Assembly: GCA_964234715.1 (NCBI GenBank)
Contig: OZ174277.1
Length of the DNA stretch: 64,000 bases
DNA from: Podarcis melisellensis
Taxonomy: Eukaryota
Reading direction: 5' to 3' (one strand)
Below, in pieces: positions 62,257 through 64,000 of the stretch. Numbering within the stretch: the first letter of the stretch is position 1; every line of letters begins with the position of its first letter. Below the pieces are notes generated by a model. That model ran no database searches and was not told where the DNA came from. It saw only the letters and a list, made by a program, of their open reading frames with translations. The position numbers were made by a program, and so were the translations under genes.

Positions 62257-63546
62257 ATGGGGAAGCCGCTGAGCAGGCCAGACTGTTTACGCCAGAATCC
62301 TCCTTGTGTAGGAAAAGGTGATGAAGAAGAAGAGGATATAAATATTGAGGACTGTTATGTTCCCCAGAGGTCAATCTATGACACAGTGCGGCTGAATGAA
62401 CAGATTGACTCAGGTTCTAAAGGCAGCCTCTCTTCCAGGCATTTCTCAGATCGGACTTTGCCGTATAGTCATAGAACACTGGACCTTAGTACATTGTGCT
62501 CCAATGGTGCCCTCTCCTCCTCTAGTGTCTTTGAACTCAGAGGACGGGAAGCCAATAAGCTAGATGAAAAAATGATCTTTGATGCCCTTAAGCTGAACAG
62601 TGACATCATTCGAACAGCTGGCTTGCCCAAAGCAAAGTATCACACAGAAAAGAAAGAACATAGGAGATCCTGGAGGATGCTTGTCCCACCAAATTTTGCA
62701 GACTATGGAAATAAAAGTGAGTGCTCACTTGCTGGGACTGTTGATGTGTCCGACTTAGCAGCAACAGGCCAGGTCAAATGTGGGACTAGTTCTCTAACTT
62801 CCGAAGAAGACGACTCTGGTCTGTGCAGTCCTCCAGCAGAAAGAGAAGAAAAACAAGATGTGCTAGAAGGGGAACAAACTCAATTTAGGAGCATATCTTC
62901 CATAGACGATAATCAGTTTGTAGGTAAATTTGGATCATTTTCTCCTACCATTTCTAGTAGTGAACATCAAATTTCATTGCTTACCTCCAGAAGTGCCCCT
63001 ACCAGTGGACACTGTCGAGTAAAATTGCAGAATGCTTTACATATAGAGCAAGAACCTTTCTGGAACTATAAGGGCAACCAAGGGGAAGGAGATGGACATT
63101 GCAGTCCACTGACATATTTGAAAGAAGACCTCTTAGCACTACCCCAATGGCTCCAGGATGGTGAGAGGGAACATGATTTCACTTTAGACAAAGAGGAAGT
63201 GAGGAACAGCGCTGAAGCCAATGAGCCATTAGACACCCAAGACAGGATGATTGAAAAGGACCTCCTGGATATTTCAACTCAGGATATAGATATTTATGAT
63301 GATGATGCAGCAGCTTTACATGCTAGTGATAAGGACTTAGTAAAATATGTGATTTTGCATGAAACTGAGGAAAGTAATATGGCCCATACAAGTGCAATAG
63401 AATTGTCCTGTCAGGCTTTAGAGGCTAATAATACCACATGCTGTCAAAAAGCAAATCCAATCAGCGCTGAATTCAGCTTTTGGACTACAGGCATGCAAAT
63501 AGAACAAACCTTGGATACAGTTTGCAATGGCATGTTGTCTTATAAG
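62257..63546 (+). CDS. KIAA0754-like nested coding exon; probable alternative first coding exon of a short dystonin isoform (430 aa)
   Basis: Strong Kozak gaaATGG; MGKPLSRPDCLRQNPPCVGKG..IEDCYVPQRSIYDTVRLNEQID..KLDEKMIFDALKL..RRSWRMLVPPNF matches my recollection of the N-terminus of MACF1-nested KIAA0754; phase-0 donor AAG|gtaatt at 63546/7. Confidence 0.8.
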
Positions 63547-64000
63547 GTAATTCCAAACTTAAATGCATTCTTTTCATGCTGCAGGGTGGGTTATTTTTTA
63601 TTATTTTTCTTCTGTAATTGCATCATGAATGCTTATGTTTAGATTTTGCTAATCTACCCAAAGAGTTCCTTTAGAATCATTTGCCCAACAAGTTATTAGA
63701 AGGCAGAAATTGGCGAGATGGTCACTTCAGTAAATTGATTAAGGGCAGTTTGTGACAGGGTTGATTGCTTCCAGCTGTTTGGTTGCATGGCTATTTATTG
63801 CCCAGATGGTGCCTGTTACCCTTTATTTGGAATGCGTCCACTAGGCATTGATGTTCAGCACCCCCTCCTCCCCTCCTCTCAAATTATGTTTCAAGCAGGC
63901 AATGCCATTCAAGGGCAGATAGGCCTTCCCTATTCAGATTTAACCAGATTTCAGCTGCAGCCATATACTGTACACACTTTCATGGGAGTAAGGCCCATTA

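Noticed and set aside
63547-63642. Hydrophobic C-terminal tail (VIPNL...FLLFFFC) as a transmembrane anchor
   Set aside because: It follows a good donor AAG|gtaatt and is T-rich intron-like sequence; most likely read-through.
1-64000. Prokaryotic systems (CRISPR, operons, phage defence)
   Set aside because: Spliced vertebrate gene with vertebrate retroelements; no regularly spaced repeat-spacer array.

Overview
Vertebrate genomic DNA, most likely a lacertid lizard (full-length Sauria SINE, CR1/L1/L2 relics, squamate MITEs), covering the middle of the spectraplakin gene dystonin (DST/BPAG1) on the + strand. In order: (i) the two epithelial BPAG1e/BP230-specific exons (coiled-coil rod <1-1472; plectin-repeat terminal exon 2587-4377 with 3'UTR and polyA signals); (ii) three shared BPAG1a/b exons; (iii) the muscle BPAG1b-type block: a 5.67-kb exon (PRD2 plus a long disordered region) and four smaller exons, one with a GC donor; (iv) 17 spectrin-repeat exons to 51833, all joining in phase; (v) a long intron. 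That intron contains the most notable feature: an intact 430-codon ORF (62257-63546) starting MGKPLSRPDCLRQNP. It resembles KIAA0754, the ORF nested in the paralogue MACF1, lies behind a CpG-enriched putative promoter, and ends in a phase-0 donor compatible with the downstream DST exons. It suggests a short, possibly lipid-anchored DST isoform lacking the actin-binding and plakin domains. Other leads: candidate microexons before the giant exon, inverted MITEs bracketing five exons (circRNA geometry), a 124-bp palindrome, a CTCF motif, and a cryptic 12-aa repeat. Homology statements rest on my recollection of human DST/MACF1 sequences, not on a search.
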